DNA of 63,973 nucleotides from positions 1 through 63,973 of the IMG/VR virus record IMGVR_UViG_3300008114_000027; one strand, given 5' to 3'. The position numbers were made by a program, and so were the translations under genes. Each line of letters opens with the position of its first letter. The stretch's first letter is position 1. The DNA is from a virus (taxonomy: Duplodnaviria > Caudoviricetes). A model generated the notes under the pieces. That model saw only the letters and a program-made list of their open reading frames with translations, did not search any database and was not told the DNA's origin. Positions 7,153 to 17,104 of this stretch are shown in pieces.

Positions 7153-7369
7153 AGAGTCAAGGGCGCTGTCGATAATCAAGTTCTTCATAGACAACCCGAT
7201 CCCGTACAAGAGGGCAGCGAAGGTATTCTACCCCTCGCGTGAGAGGGCGCTGCTGATGAGGGTCTTCAAGAACAGTAACGACTACGACGACGAGGACTTG
7301 AGGGTGTGGGAACTAATCATAAAACAGATAAAAGAGTATGACAAGAAGGTCAAGAAAGAGGCGGGCTAA
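7142..7369 (+). CDS. Hypothetical protein (75 aa)
   Basis: Overlap-coupled ORF. Confidence 0.65.
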   Translation: MRSRESRALSIIKFFIDNPIPYKRAAKVFYPSRERALLMRVFKNSNDYDDEDLRVWELIIKQIKEYDKKVKKEAG

Positions 7370-7766
7370 CGCGGGACGTTACCGCCTGCCAAAGGAGAAG
7401 AGGTCGAGAGGCCCATCCAAACTAGCCATGCTGAGGGAGGAGCAGAGGGTGACACTCACGGTCCGAATGGGCGACGCCAAGGTCGAGCAGAGACTGGTCA
7501 GGACTATAAAGCAGGTCCTCGACAGGCTGGACAACCCGACGTACAGGACACCGCTTAGGATGGCGGTATACTTCGACCACCTGTTCGTCACCATCGAGCC
7601 TAACCACATGAAGCGCAAGCGCAGGCTGATGAAGATGTTCAGGCTGAGGCCCACGGTGGAGGACATAAGGTGGGTCAACCTCATATGGAAAGAGCAGAGC
7701 GCCATGGCCGTGAGGTCGAGAAGGCTTGGCATAAGGACAGGTATAATAAACAAACAGATATCATAG
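7338..7766 (+). CDS. Very basic, Arg-rich hypothetical protein (142 aa)
   Basis: R/K-rich composition; possible nucleic-acid binder. Confidence 0.6.
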   Translation: MTRRSRKRRANAGRYRLPKEKRSRGPSKLAMLREEQRVTLTVRMGDAKVEQRLVRTIKQVLDRLDNPTYRTPLRMAVYFDHLFVTIEPNHMKRKRRLMKMFRLRPTVEDIRWVNLIWKEQSAMAVRSRRLGIRTGIINKQIS

Positions 7767-7767
7767 C

Positions 7768-8400
7768 ATGAATTTACTACAGAAACTACAGGCCATCCAG
7801 TCAAAGGTTAGGGCGGTGGCAAAGGACAACGACACGCAGAGTCGTTTCAACCCGAACGGATTTAAGTACGTGAGCGGGGACAAAATCATCGGCGTCATCC
7901 GCCCGCTGATGGACGAGTACAAGGTGATCCTGAAGAGCGAGGTGCTGGCGATAAACAATTCAGTCCAGCAGTACACCACGAGCAAGGGCGCGACAAAGAA
8001 CGAGGTTCTAACCAACATCTCGATGAAGATGACTTGGATAGACACCGAGTCAGGAGAGCGCGAGGAGTGCATGTGGGGTGCCAACGGGATGAACGACTGG
8101 GACAAGGGGTTCGGAAGCGCCGTGACCTACGGTATCAGGTACTTCATACTCAAGTCATTCCTAGTTAGCACGGACAGCGACGACGTGGACGCTATCGTTA
8201 GGGACTACGAGGATCAGGAACGCGCCCCGTCTAACGCAGCGCCAGCGCCAGAATCCGACAAGCCTTGGATTGAGGACAACGCAGAGGCCATGGCCAAGGT
8301 CGAGGGCTTCATGTCCAGCGGCGGATCAATCGACGACGTGTACAAGAAGTACCGAATGAAGAAGGTTACAAAGGAACGTCTAATTAAACTAAGCAAATAA
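7768..8400 (+). CDS. erf: ERF-family single-strand annealing protein
   Basis: N-terminal LLQKLQAIQ...FKYVS and the DKGFGSAVTYGIRYFILKSFLVSTDSDD signature. Confidence 0.85.
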   Translation: MNLLQKLQAIQSKVRAVAKDNDTQSRFNPNGFKYVSGDKIIGVIRPLMDEYKVILKSEVLAINNSVQQYTTSKGATKNEVLTNISMKMTWIDTESGEREECMWGANGMNDWDKGFGSAVTYGIRYFILKSFLVSTDSDDVDAIVRDYEDQERAPSNAAPAPESDKPWIEDNAEAMAKVEGFMSSGGSIDDVYKKYRMKKVTKERLIKLSK

Positions 8401-8870
8401 TGAATCAAGTACAGCTATTCAACCAAGACCTCATGAGCAGGGATGGTATCAAGAAACTATCGGACGCCATCGTGCAGTCACTAGAGGACGGAGACTTCAA
8501 CCCGCTAGACTTTAAGCTAGCGGCCAAGGGCTTCGAGAAACTGATGGAGGCCGTGAAGAAACCGATCGACAGGGCGGCGATGACCGAGGCGGAGAAGTAC
8601 TCGGCAAAGAACTTCACCTACAAGGGCGCCGACATACAGGTGGCGGAGAACCTAGGCGTGTCTTACGACTACAGCGGATGCAACCACCCCGAGTACGTCA
8701 GGGTACTCGAAGAGTTCAACGCCATAGCAAAGCGAAAGAAGGAGATAGAGGCGCAGCTACAGGCTACTAAGCATAGCTTCACCATGGTCGACGAGGAGAC
8801 GGGCGAGGTGGTGACGGTGTACCCTCCAGTTAAGTCCTCCACATCAGGGATCAAGATTACCATAAAATAA
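8400..8870 (+). CDS. Hypothetical protein coupled to ERF (156 aa)
   Basis: TAATG coupling with erf. Confidence 0.75.
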   Translation: MNQVQLFNQDLMSRDGIKKLSDAIVQSLEDGDFNPLDFKLAAKGFEKLMEAVKKPIDRAAMTEAEKYSAKNFTYKGADIQVAENLGVSYDYSGCNHPEYVRVLEEFNAIAKRKKEIEAQLQATKHSFTMVDEETGEVVTVYPPVKSSTSGIKITIK

Positions 8871-8877
8871 TAAGCAC

Positions 8878-9111
8878 ATGAAACTAATGAAGGGAAAGGT
8901 CATGATCAAGCCAGTGCTTGAGAAGGCCAGCGAGCTGATCGATATCGAGCAAAGGCGCGTAACCAAGGCGGTGATTGTACAGACAGGCGAGTGCGAGTAC
9001 GTCAGGTCAGGTATGACGGTACTCATCAAGCCTACAGGGCTGAAGATGTTCACGCAGAGCGAAGACCAGACGCTGATCGTGGACGAGGACAGCATACTCG
9101 CAGAGGTATGA
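8878..9111 (+). CDS. GroES-like co-chaperonin (divergent)
   Basis: KVMIKPV...AVIVQTG...VRSGMTVL...LIVDEDSILA pattern. Confidence 0.6.
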   Translation: MKLMKGKVMIKPVLEKASELIDIEQRRVTKAVIVQTGECEYVRSGMTVLIKPTGLKMFTQSEDQTLIVDEDSILAEV

Positions 9112-9422
9112 ACACCACACCGTGCAAGTTTTACAGGGCAGGATCTATAGCACGATCCGCCCTTGACTTTGTTGATGCCGAGATGGGGCAGCTGGTCCAT
9201 GTGTACCCTGCGGACAACAACGAAAATCTGGCGCTCATCATTGACGAAAGGGGCGACTTCATCACTACCTTTGTTAGCTTTGTTCGTGTCACAGACGTGG
9301 GCAGGGAGGACAGGATAGAGAGGATGATATCCGAGATACTCAAAGTGTCAAGGTCCTACGTCCCGTCGATGATCAGGGACCAGTACGAGAGGGATATTAT
9401 AAACATAAAAAGAAAGCCATGA
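9108..9422 (+). CDS. Hypothetical protein (104 aa)
   Basis: ATGA coupling at both ends; start moved to 9108. Confidence 0.7.
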   Translation: MNTTPCKFYRAGSIARSALDFVDAEMGQLVHVYPADNNENLALIIDERGDFITTFVSFVRVTDVGREDRIERMISEILKVSRSYVPSMIRDQYERDIINIKRKP

Positions 9423-9787
9423 AAAAGAAACTAATTATAGGCGGGGTGATTGTGCTGATAGTCACAGCCGTGATACTAATCATGAGGGACGACAAGCCTC
9501 AGCTATCGGCAACCGACCAGCTCATACAGGATGAGATCGACCACATCAAGGAGCGGGTCGAGATGAGGGACGCCGTGATCAACGAGCTGGTGATCGAGCT
9601 AAGGATGAGGGACTCACTCATAGCAAGCATACAGCAGGGGAAAACTTCTATAACCAACAAATACTATTACGATGAAAAATTTATTCTTAGTTCTAGCGAC
9701 AGCGCTAACCGTTCTCTTCGCGTCAACAACCAACGAATGTTTGTCTCAGACTTCTTCAGCGGCAGATACGCTCCCAAATCTAAGTGA
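9419..9787 (+). CDS. N-terminally anchored coiled-coil membrane protein (i-spanin-like)
   Basis: MKKK followed by a TM helix and a predicted coiled coil; overlaps the next gene by 116 nt. Confidence 0.5.
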   Translation: MKKKLIIGGVIVLIVTAVILIMRDDKPQLSATDQLIQDEIDHIKERVEMRDAVINELVIELRMRDSLIASIQQGKTSITNKYYYDEKFILSSSDSANRSLRVNNQRMFVSDFFSGRYAPKSK

Positions 9788-10112
9788 TGACCAAGTATTC
9801 AACCTGTGCTACAGCTCACTGAATTATTGGTGGGGATACTCTAACATTCAGGACGCGCTGCTCCAGCAGTACATACAGAAAGTAAAACTGTACGAGAAGA
9901 TGACAGGGGTACAGGCACAGAGCGTCGAGGATCTGGAGAGACTCTACCGTATACGTGAGGCGCAGATAGCAGAGAAGGACAGCAGGATAGACGAGCTGGA
10001 GGGTCAGTTAAAAAAAGCTAACAGGCGCAAGTCTACCATAAAAGTTGGTATGTTTGTCATCACACCAGCAGCCCTATTAGCGGGCGTTTATATAGGAACT
10101 AAATTAAAATAA
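9672..10112 (+). CDS. Signal peptide, coiled coil and C-terminal TM protein (spanin-like)
   Basis: MKNLFLVLATALTVLFA signal; C-terminal GMFVITPAALLAGVYIG. Confidence 0.5.
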   Translation: MKNLFLVLATALTVLFASTTNECLSQTSSAADTLPNLSDDQVFNLCYSSLNYWWGYSNIQDALLQQYIQKVKLYEKMTGVQAQSVEDLERLYRIREAQIAEKDSRIDELEGQLKKANRRKSTIKVGMFVITPAALLAGVYIGTKLK

Positions 10113-10117
10113 AAGTC

Positions 10118-10411
10118 ATGAACGTAGGACAAGAAGTTGTATGTATCAAGGACCACTCCCGAGGCATAGTCAGGGAGGGTGAGATGTACACCGTGCAGGA
10201 TGTCACGGAGACCCCATGCTGCCAGACAGTACTCATAGACATAGGCAAGAGACACGGCAGCAAGATCATCATGTGCACGTGCGGGAATAAGTTCCCCATC
10301 GACGTGCCGATTCATTACCTAGCCGCCTTCCTGTTTGCCCCTCTGGATGACCTGTTCAACACGGAGATCTCGGAGCTGATGTCCGAGGTTGAGACGACAA
10401 TAGAATTATAA
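10118..10411 (+). CDS. Small protein with possible Zn-binding Cys pairs
   Basis: PCCQ and MCTCG motifs. Confidence 0.65.
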   Translation: MNVGQEVVCIKDHSRGIVREGEMYTVQDVTETPCCQTVLIDIGKRHGSKIIMCTCGNKFPIDVPIHYLAAFLFAPLDDLFNTEISELMSEVETTIEL

Positions 10412-10429
10412 ACCAACACACACATAACA

Positions 10430-10654
10430 ATGATAAACATTGAGAGCAAACCAAAGAAGACGATCCAACACTTTGATGGATCGATCACACTAGACAAGAC
10501 CTACACGTACACCGTATCGAAGTGTATCAACGGCGAGGTCAAGTACATTGTAGAGATGCACGATGAACTACCCGAGGCACTAACTAGTGCAATCATTGGA
10601 GGTATCCTCAACTACTGCACGACCATAGGTATAGGTCAGGTTGAAAACAAATAA
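10430..10654 (+). CDS. Hypothetical protein (74 aa)
   Basis: Packed ORF with A-rich leader. Confidence 0.7.
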   Translation: MINIESKPKKTIQHFDGSITLDKTYTYTVSKCINGEVKYIVEMHDELPEALTSAIIGGILNYCTTIGIGQVENK

Positions 10655-10665
10655 TTTCACAAACG

Positions 10666-11112
10666 ATGAAACAGACAGAAGAAATTTCACAAACAATGCA
10701 ACAGACAGAAGAGAAGAAAGAGCTGACCCTAGAGGAAGCTAAGAAACAGATGGAACGTAACAAGATCGTGTCGTTCCTCATGTACACCATAGTGATGGGC
10801 TACCTAGCCGATGAGCTAGCTGGCAAGTACATAACCAAGGATGTGAAGATGACCTTCAACAGGTTCTTTGACACGTTCATGAAGCGCAACAAGCACAACC
10901 TAGACCAGCTGTTCAACATGTCGATAGACGAGATGCCCGACAGAGGGGCCGCGTTCTTGGAGACACAGCAGATGATCGAGATGCTGGCGGGAAGGGTTGC
11001 CATGCTGCCAGTCCACGCCTACCCAGACATCGTCATGATCATAGACGCCTATGTCGCGGGGCAGGTTATAAGAGAAGGTGATACAGACACAGAAGAGAAG
11101 CCATCCGAATAG
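10666..11112 (+). CDS. Hypothetical protein (148 aa)
   Basis: Last + strand ORF. Confidence 0.75.
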   Translation: MKQTEEISQTMQQTEEKKELTLEEAKKQMERNKIVSFLMYTIVMGYLADELAGKYITKDVKMTFNRFFDTFMKRNKHNLDQLFNMSIDEMPDRGAAFLETQQMIEMLAGRVAMLPVHAYPDIVMIIDAYVAGQVIREGDTDTEEKPSE

Positions 11113-11123
11113 GGTGGCTTTTA
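11098..11123 (+). terminator. Terminator hairpin at the convergence of the two gene blocks
   Basis: AAGCCATCC-gaata-GGGTGGCTT followed by TTA. Confidence 0.55.
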
Positions 11124-11714
11124 TCTTTCCGCTATAAACTCTCGCACCACATACGAGGTAGCAGTCTTGGGCTGCTCCACGTCTGGTGACTTCTTAACCT
11201 TAACAACCGATCGGCCACCTTCTGGACAGAAGTAGTCGGCCATCCTCTCCTTAGTAACCCTCCTGCCTTGGTTCCCCAAGTTTGTCTTGAAGGTCTCGTA
11301 GCCAGACATGTCCACGCCTAGCGCGTACATCCGCATCTCAACGTCGGCTACCGTGTTACCCATCTCGTTGATTATACTATACCTATTGACGCCGTCGTGG
11401 CTGGACACCGCAAGTTCTGGGGTGCTATCCTCCACGCTCACGTCCATGCTCACGCCGTACTGTTTAGCAGCAAACATGAGCGCCACAATCTCCGCGTGGA
11501 TCGTCGGCACCAGACCCTTCTGGTCCATGCCAGCGTACTGACCACGGAACACCGGGCTATACTGACCTGTTCGCTTGTCGTAAAGCCTTACGGCTACCTC
11601 AATAATTGAATTGTAGCTTGTCCTGTCTACGCGCTCTACTATATAGCCCGCTTCCGAGAACAGGCCGTGAACTTTTAGCAGGTAGGACTGCTCTGTCTTT
11701 AACGTTACATTCAT
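11121..11714 (-). CDS. Hypothetical protein (197 aa)
   Basis: Long ORF, last of the - strand block. Confidence 0.75.
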   Translation of the reverse strand: MNVTLKTEQSYLLKVHGLFSEAGYIVERVDRTSYNSIIEVAVRLYDKRTGQYSPVFRGQYAGMDQKGLVPTIHAEIVALMFAAKQYGVSMDVSVEDSTPELAVSSHDGVNRYSIINEMGNTVADVEMRMYALGVDMSGYETFKTNLGNQGRRVTKERMADYFCPEGGRSVVKVKKSPDVEQPKTATSYVVREFIAER

Positions 11715-12288
11715 TTCCTATGTGTTTATTGTATCTGCTGACCTGATATATTGAGGACTGTAGCCTCTTGCGTTTCATCACGCTGTCGCCTGTGTTACTA
11801 TCCCTTGACCCACCGTCGTTGGTGTTCCCTTCTATGGTGTCGACCCACTTGTCTCCCCATGACTCTACAAAACCAGTGTGCCCGATCCTGTTTAGGTTCG
11901 GGTAGTACAGCGTGAACACGTCACCAGATTTTGGGGTGATAGTATTTGAGAGGGGCTTCCTCCTGTCGTAGATCCTGTTGATTGCTGTGGCAGACGGTGA
12001 CCATGCCGTTACCTTGTGCTCTATATTGCACGCGTCCAGTATGAACTTGACGAACGCCGCACACCATGGGGCTGGGGTTGTTATGCCCGCGTTCAGCAGG
12101 TACTCTGCCACTCGCTTGCCTCTGTTGTTGCCGCCCACCTCGCGCACGCCCACCTCCTTGTTAGCCTTCTCGACTACACAAGGGCAAGCATAGCCAGTAG
12201 AAATCCAAGCAAATACAACGACAAGAATAGCGCATACTTTCTTGGAAACCTTGGGGAACCTGATACCCAGTCCTTGTACTCTTTCCAT
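11599..12288 (-). CDS. CHAP-domain endolysin with N-terminal hydrophobic or signal segment
   Basis: PWCAAFV (catalytic Cys), GHTGFVE (His) and TIEGNT motifs; start uncertain. Confidence 0.85.
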   Translation of the reverse strand: MERVQGLGIRFPKVSKKVCAILVVVFAWISTGYACPCVVEKANKEVGVREVGGNNRGKRVAEYLLNAGITTPAPWCAAFVKFILDACNIEHKVTAWSPSATAINRIYDRRKPLSNTITPKSGDVFTLYYPNLNRIGHTGFVESWGDKWVDTIEGNTNDGGSRDSNTGDSVMKRKRLQSSIYQVSRYNKHIGNECNVKDRAVLPAKSSRPVLGSGLYSRARRQDKLQFNY

Positions 12289-12530
12289 ATAGAAGGCTGA
12301 TTATATTTTAACGCGCCATGAGCGATCGCGTTACCAAACATTACTGTGACCGACGCCATGAACAGGAACTGAATCCAGTCGTCCGGTATAATATGATTTG
12401 CCTCGGGGTCCATCACCAGATATCTCTGCGATAAGAACAGCGACAGGAACACCACGGGGATTGTGATAAACTCAGGGAAGAACTTGATAGTTCTTAGTAA
12501 CCACACGGCTAGAGACTTTGCTTTATTCAT
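12174..12530 (-). CDS. Putative holin (multi-TM)
   Basis: About three hydrophobic helices, directly upstream of the endolysin. Confidence 0.55.
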   Translation of the reverse strand: MNKAKSLAVWLLRTIKFFPEFITIPVVFLSLFLSQRYLVMDPEANHIIPDDWIQFLFMASVTVMFGNAIAHGALKYNQPSIWKEYKDWVSGSPRFPRKYALFLSLYLLGFLLAMLALV

Positions 12531-12789
12531 TGCCTTTCTTTTTTGCGTACCGTTTCTTAATCAAGTCAACAAACTTGAATGTCATTATAATCAAACCAAG
12601 AAGAGCGGTGACACTACCCATAGATACGCTTATTAATCTTATCCATTGCTCGAGATCAGGCATGAACGACGGCACCGTTAATACTGTTGTAGCAAACAAC
12701 CACTTGACACACACGATCGCATCGTCTTGGTTGCTATGTAATTGGCTAATTACCTCAGTAAATATGGTATGTCGCATCCTTTCAATCAA
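12523..12789 (-). CDS. Putative holin or antiholin (2 TM, basic C-tail)
   Basis: Hydrophobic helices and KKRYAKKK tail; TATTTTTG promoter element at 12800-12807. Confidence 0.55.
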   Translation of the reverse strand: MIERMRHTIFTEVISQLHSNQDDAIVCVKWLFATTVLTVPSFMPDLEQWIRLISVSMGSVTALLGLIIMTFKFVDLIKKRYAKKKGNE

Positions 12790-12853
12790 AATATTTCTAC
12801 AAAAATAAGTTAAAATTTGTATCGGTTAGTGTGTAATTTTATTTAGGTGAGCT

Positions 12854-15800
12854 CTATTGATCCGCCGCCTGAGCTACAAGATAGTTGATGTACTTCTCCT
12901 TGGCCGTGCTTGTCTCGTCAGACACAAACCCCATCTCGTTGTATGCGCCTTCGCCCATGTCGTAGATGTAGTACTCGCCGCCGAATATATTGCCCAGCTC
13001 GATAGCCTTCTTAACCTTGAAGCCTTGGTTCATGGTGATGTTCTGGCCTATGCTGTACTCGTACCTGCTGAGGATCTCGTCAACGTTCTTGAGCTGTTCC
13101 TCGTATGGTAATCCCTTAGTGGCAACCTTGATGAGTGAGTGCGCGTACTTGTTCATAGCTACCTGCTTGGTTACCATGTCTTGGTTCCTTGATATCGCGT
13201 GCTCCTTGATACCGTTCAGCACCTTGCCAACCTCGGCGTCTCTCTCCTCCTTGGTAATCTTACCAGCGCCCACCTCGTAGTCTAGCTTGTCAATCTTCTG
13301 CTTCGCGTCGTACTCCATGTCCTTGAACTCTTGGATAAAGTCCTTCATTCTCGGTGCAAAGTCGTCGGCCACGTTCTTACCGAACGCCCTGATCACGTCG
13401 ACAGATATCACGTTGGTCCCTAGGAGGTGGCGCACCAGCTCGTCGTTCACGTCCCGCTTGTAAGACTCCTTCTCGTAGTTCTTGTCCACGTCCGTCGCCG
13501 CAATAAAATCTTGAGTCGATTTAATGAAGCCGGGCTTGGACCTGTCTAACGCATAGCCAATTGTGTTGTACGTTAGATCCCAAAGGTCGTCGTTCATCGT
13601 GGTTATCTGCCCACCCCTGTAGTCCTTGTTAGTATATATCTCCTTGGCAACGCTGAGCACGGCCTCCTCGCCGAAGAACGGCTGGAGTAACTCGACCATC
13701 GCGGCGCCAGCTTTGGAGTCGTCTGGTCTGAACTCGCCGGTGTTAGAGTACGCGTTGTATGCCTTGGTCATAAAGTTGAAAGGGTTCATCCAGTCAAGGT
13801 CGACCATCGAGTATCCGCGCGCCGTCTTCTTTAAAACAATCTTTGTGTTATTCCTAGAGTACTTAGGTGCGCCCTCGTATATCACGCGCTCGTCGTCGTC
13901 GTCCTCATCTGTACCACCACATGCTGAGGCGATCAGCTGGGCGATGGTATTAACCGCAATAACAGCGGCGCCATACGACGTCAACCTCTTCACGCCTACA
14001 GCCATCTGTCTCTTGTTCTTGGTGGCCGCGCCCTCGTTTATATCCTTGACCGCACGCAATGGTATGGTCACCGATACACGCATAGCCTCGGCTACGAATG
14101 TAGGGAACGTGCCCAGAAGCGGTGATGCTGATAGCCTCTTGACAATCTCAGGCGCGTTGTCGTACACGATGTTGGTTTCCTTAAATCTAGACACCGCCAT
14201 GTCGCGCTGCTCTGCCTTTGACTTGGAAGGGAACATAAACTTGACGTCGGCAAGCTCAGCCTCGTACTGCACCACACGGTGGATGTTATCCATCATCTCG
14301 TACACGCCGACACTCGCATTCTTTACTGTAGATAAAGCCTTCTTGACCCTGTTGAACACGTTCTTGTAGTTCTCTTCTGGGTCTATGGTAAGGTTCACCG
14401 CGCCGTAAGCCTCCTCGATAACCTTCCTCATGACAGAAGAGTCAACGCCCGATCCTATAACCCCCGCCTCTATAAGGTCTAAGAGGTACTGGTCGTCTGC
14501 CTTGCCCAGCTCCTTGAACCCGTACTTAATACCTTTTGGCATCTTTGCAAACAGGCTGTACACGTGACCGTTAGCCAACGGCATCACGATGTTGGAGTAG
14601 AAGTTTCTTACCATAGACCTTGGGGAGAATACGGTCTGACCCATCTTCCATCCCGCAGCAATCTTACGCAGTGCAGGAATCTTATAGTTAGTGTCCACCT
14701 TGCCGAGCATGTCCGCGATCTCCGGGGTGGTGTACATTCCCATCAACGGGTCGTACTGGTTCTTGCTGCCCTTGATCTGCTCGCCGAACTCGCTCGACTT
14801 GGTGTCAAAAAATATCTTGTCCTTACCTATAGCCGCCACCCCGGTCAAGAACCTCTTGTTCTCGGCGAAGTGTATCATGTTGGCCATGGTGTTGTAGAAA
14901 TTCGTCATCGGGTCTGTGTATTCCCCAAGGAACGCCCTCAACACGTCTGGTATATCCTTACGCTTTCTAAGCATGTTGTCCATAGCCTTGCCCATCTCGC
15001 CACCAGTCCTTATAAACTCTGACAGGTCAAGCCCCTTGTCTACCCTAGCCATAGCAGCGAGCATGCTGTCGATGCTGCCTAGGTCTAGGTCAGGGTACTG
15101 AGACTGCAAGAATTTAAACGCCGCGTCATACAGCGCCTGCATCTTTGGTGACCTGTCCGCCTGACCAGCTGCCGTGCTCAACCCCTTTGGGAACATAGCC
15201 TTGTTCCAGCTTCCATTGCTGAAGGCCGCGTAGCTACGGTTCATGTACACCCCGAGGTTGTTGCTGATGGCACCGTACAAATTAGATGTCGGGTCGACAT
15301 AGGTCTGTACCTCGCCGGACATGTAGTCGATGTCCTGACGCATGCCGAGGACAATGTCCTGTAGCTCGTCTGATATTATATTGGAAGTACTAGGCTGTAC
15401 CTGACCCGTGAGTAGGCTGTTGATGTGGCTGATTGCCGCGTCGATCTCCGCCTGCGTCTTCCCCTTAAATTCTTTTTTAAACTGTGCGCTGAATCTCTTA
15501 GCCGTACCCTGCATCTCACGCATCCTCTTCTTGATAGAGTTCTCGGTAGCCTTGTTCATGTCGCGTATCTCGCTATGGAATCCTTTACCAAACCAGTAGC
15601 TGAGGAATGACTTGACAGAGCTGAATCGCTGAGGGACTAGCCAGTTCTTTGAGTTGCCCACGTACCTTGATCCTATGCCTGTCGCGTTGAAGTCCATCAC
15701 GCCGCCGGCTACGGATACCATAGCTGCCTCGGTGTCTAGCTTATCTAGCTGAGCGCTGGTGATCGTGGATATGGGGAAGTTACCCTCCAGATCCTTTGCT

Positions 15801-17101
15801 ATAATCTCGGCCAAGTCCTTCGCCTTCATCTTCATGAAGTCACGGTCTGATCCGAAGAGTGACCTAAGGAAGTCGCCGATCTTCTGCATCATGGTCCTGT
15901 TCTTACGGGCAAAGCCTGCGTCCTGAATCATGTTGGCCATCGCCTGATTGATGACGTCCTCCATCTCAGTGAACCTGTTGGTGGCCTGCACCTCGTCTAT
16001 GTAGGACTTGTTCTCTGGCTTCATGATCTCAGCCTTGAACGCCTTGTATATGGCAGGGTCAACCTTCTCCGCTATCTTCAACCATAGCGAAGACATCGCC
16101 GCTAGGGACGTGCTGCTATTCATCGACGCGGGGTTGATGTATATGTTACCCGACTCTATGACCGCGATGACATTGTCGAACGTGTCGTACACATTCACCG
16201 CGTCAGGGTTAGATGCCGCCGCAGTGTACTGCGCTTGGTTAACCGAGATCGATAGGTCTGGGAATTTCTTTGACATCATATCAAACACCACACCCGACGC
16301 TCCCGCGCTTGAGGATGATCCCCTGCTTGACTTGGTCTTTATCTTTCTGTTCTGCTTGAGCGCTGTGTACTTAGGGTTCTTGAAGGTCACCGTGTTGGCA
16401 ACCACCTTCTCGATAAGTATAGGCTTCTGTGGCTTGATAGACTCGGCACGTAACGCCTTGCCGCTTCTTAGCTTCCAGTCAGCCACCACCATGTCGAACC
16501 CTTTGTCCGCTGCTATCTTACCTACCCATCCCACCTGCTCGTTGAAGTCGAACGCCCTTGTGGGGTGTGCCTTTCTGAACTCCTTCTCTGCCTTTGGCAA
16601 GAGGTTAAGTGGGTCCTCATTGAACGGGTAAACCTTGTCCTTCGGGATGAGCACGGCGTGCTTGAACCCTCCGGTGAAGGACTCCGCAATGTCCGGGTCG
16701 GTGTAGTACATGCTAGCCTTGACGGTGCGTGACGCCTCGTCCCTGCCCGTAGCCCTGTTCTTGCCCAAGAATTTTGGGTCAATGCTTTTCTTTGTAAGGT
16801 CTTGGTCGCTGTAATGGAAGAACACGTAGTTACCCTCGCCATCCTCCACCATCATCGCGTCCTTCTTCGTGCCGTACACGTGGTTCTTCTTTGACTTCAC
16901 CTTGATAGGCGGCAGTGAAGACTTCTTTGGTTCGGCTGCCGTGACAGGCTGAGACTTGAACATCTCGGGCATCTCGCCCTTCATCTTGCTAGGGTCTAAC
17001 ACCCCAGAAGATATAAGGTTAGTGACCTCGCCGTTGTGCAGCATGGTCGCAAACTTTTCAAACGAGTGCTCCTCGCCTTTGTACTTTACCTTACAAGCCA
17101 T
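12854..17101 (-). CDS. Large putative ejected (polyvalent-like) virion protein, 1415 aa
   Basis: Position after the tail genes. N-proximal ART-like segment (FHYS...IDPKFLG...MYYT). C-terminal region reminiscent of LPD38-type domains. Confidence 0.65.
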   Translation of the reverse strand: MACKVKYKGEEHSFEKFATMLHNGEVTNLISSGVLDPSKMKGEMPEMFKSQPVTAAEPKKSSLPPIKVKSKKNHVYGTKKDAMMVEDGEGNYVFFHYSDQDLTKKSIDPKFLGKNRATGRDEASRTVKASMYYTDPDIAESFTGGFKHAVLIPKDKVYPFNEDPLNLLPKAEKEFRKAHPTRAFDFNEQVGWVGKIAADKGFDMVVADWKLRSGKALRAESIKPQKPILIEKVVANTVTFKNPKYTALKQNRKIKTKSSRGSSSSAGASGVVFDMMSKKFPDLSISVNQAQYTAAASNPDAVNVYDTFDNVIAVIESGNIYINPASMNSSTSLAAMSSLWLKIAEKVDPAIYKAFKAEIMKPENKSYIDEVQATNRFTEMEDVINQAMANMIQDAGFARKNRTMMQKIGDFLRSLFGSDRDFMKMKAKDLAEIIAKDLEGNFPISTITSAQLDKLDTEAAMVSVAGGVMDFNATGIGSRYVGNSKNWLVPQRFSSVKSFLSYWFGKGFHSEIRDMNKATENSIKKRMREMQGTAKRFSAQFKKEFKGKTQAEIDAAISHINSLLTGQVQPSTSNIISDELQDIVLGMRQDIDYMSGEVQTYVDPTSNLYGAISNNLGVYMNRSYAAFSNGSWNKAMFPKGLSTAAGQADRSPKMQALYDAAFKFLQSQYPDLDLGSIDSMLAAMARVDKGLDLSEFIRTGGEMGKAMDNMLRKRKDIPDVLRAFLGEYTDPMTNFYNTMANMIHFAENKRFLTGVAAIGKDKIFFDTKSSEFGEQIKGSKNQYDPLMGMYTTPEIADMLGKVDTNYKIPALRKIAAGWKMGQTVFSPRSMVRNFYSNIVMPLANGHVYSLFAKMPKGIKYGFKELGKADDQYLLDLIEAGVIGSGVDSSVMRKVIEEAYGAVNLTIDPEENYKNVFNRVKKALSTVKNASVGVYEMMDNIHRVVQYEAELADVKFMFPSKSKAEQRDMAVSRFKETNIVYDNAPEIVKRLSASPLLGTFPTFVAEAMRVSVTIPLRAVKDINEGAATKNKRQMAVGVKRLTSYGAAVIAVNTIAQLIASACGGTDEDDDDERVIYEGAPKYSRNNTKIVLKKTARGYSMVDLDWMNPFNFMTKAYNAYSNTGEFRPDDSKAGAAMVELLQPFFGEEAVLSVAKEIYTNKDYRGGQITTMNDDLWDLTYNTIGYALDRSKPGFIKSTQDFIAATDVDKNYEKESYKRDVNDELVRHLLGTNVISVDVIRAFGKNVADDFAPRMKDFIQEFKDMEYDAKQKIDKLDYEVGAGKITKEERDAEVGKVLNGIKEHAISRNQDMVTKQVAMNKYAHSLIKVATKGLPYEEQLKNVDEILSRYEYSIGQNITMNQGFKVKKAIELGNIFGGEYYIYDMGEGAYNEMGFVSDETSTAKEKYINYLVAQAADQ

Positions 17102-17104
17102 GTA

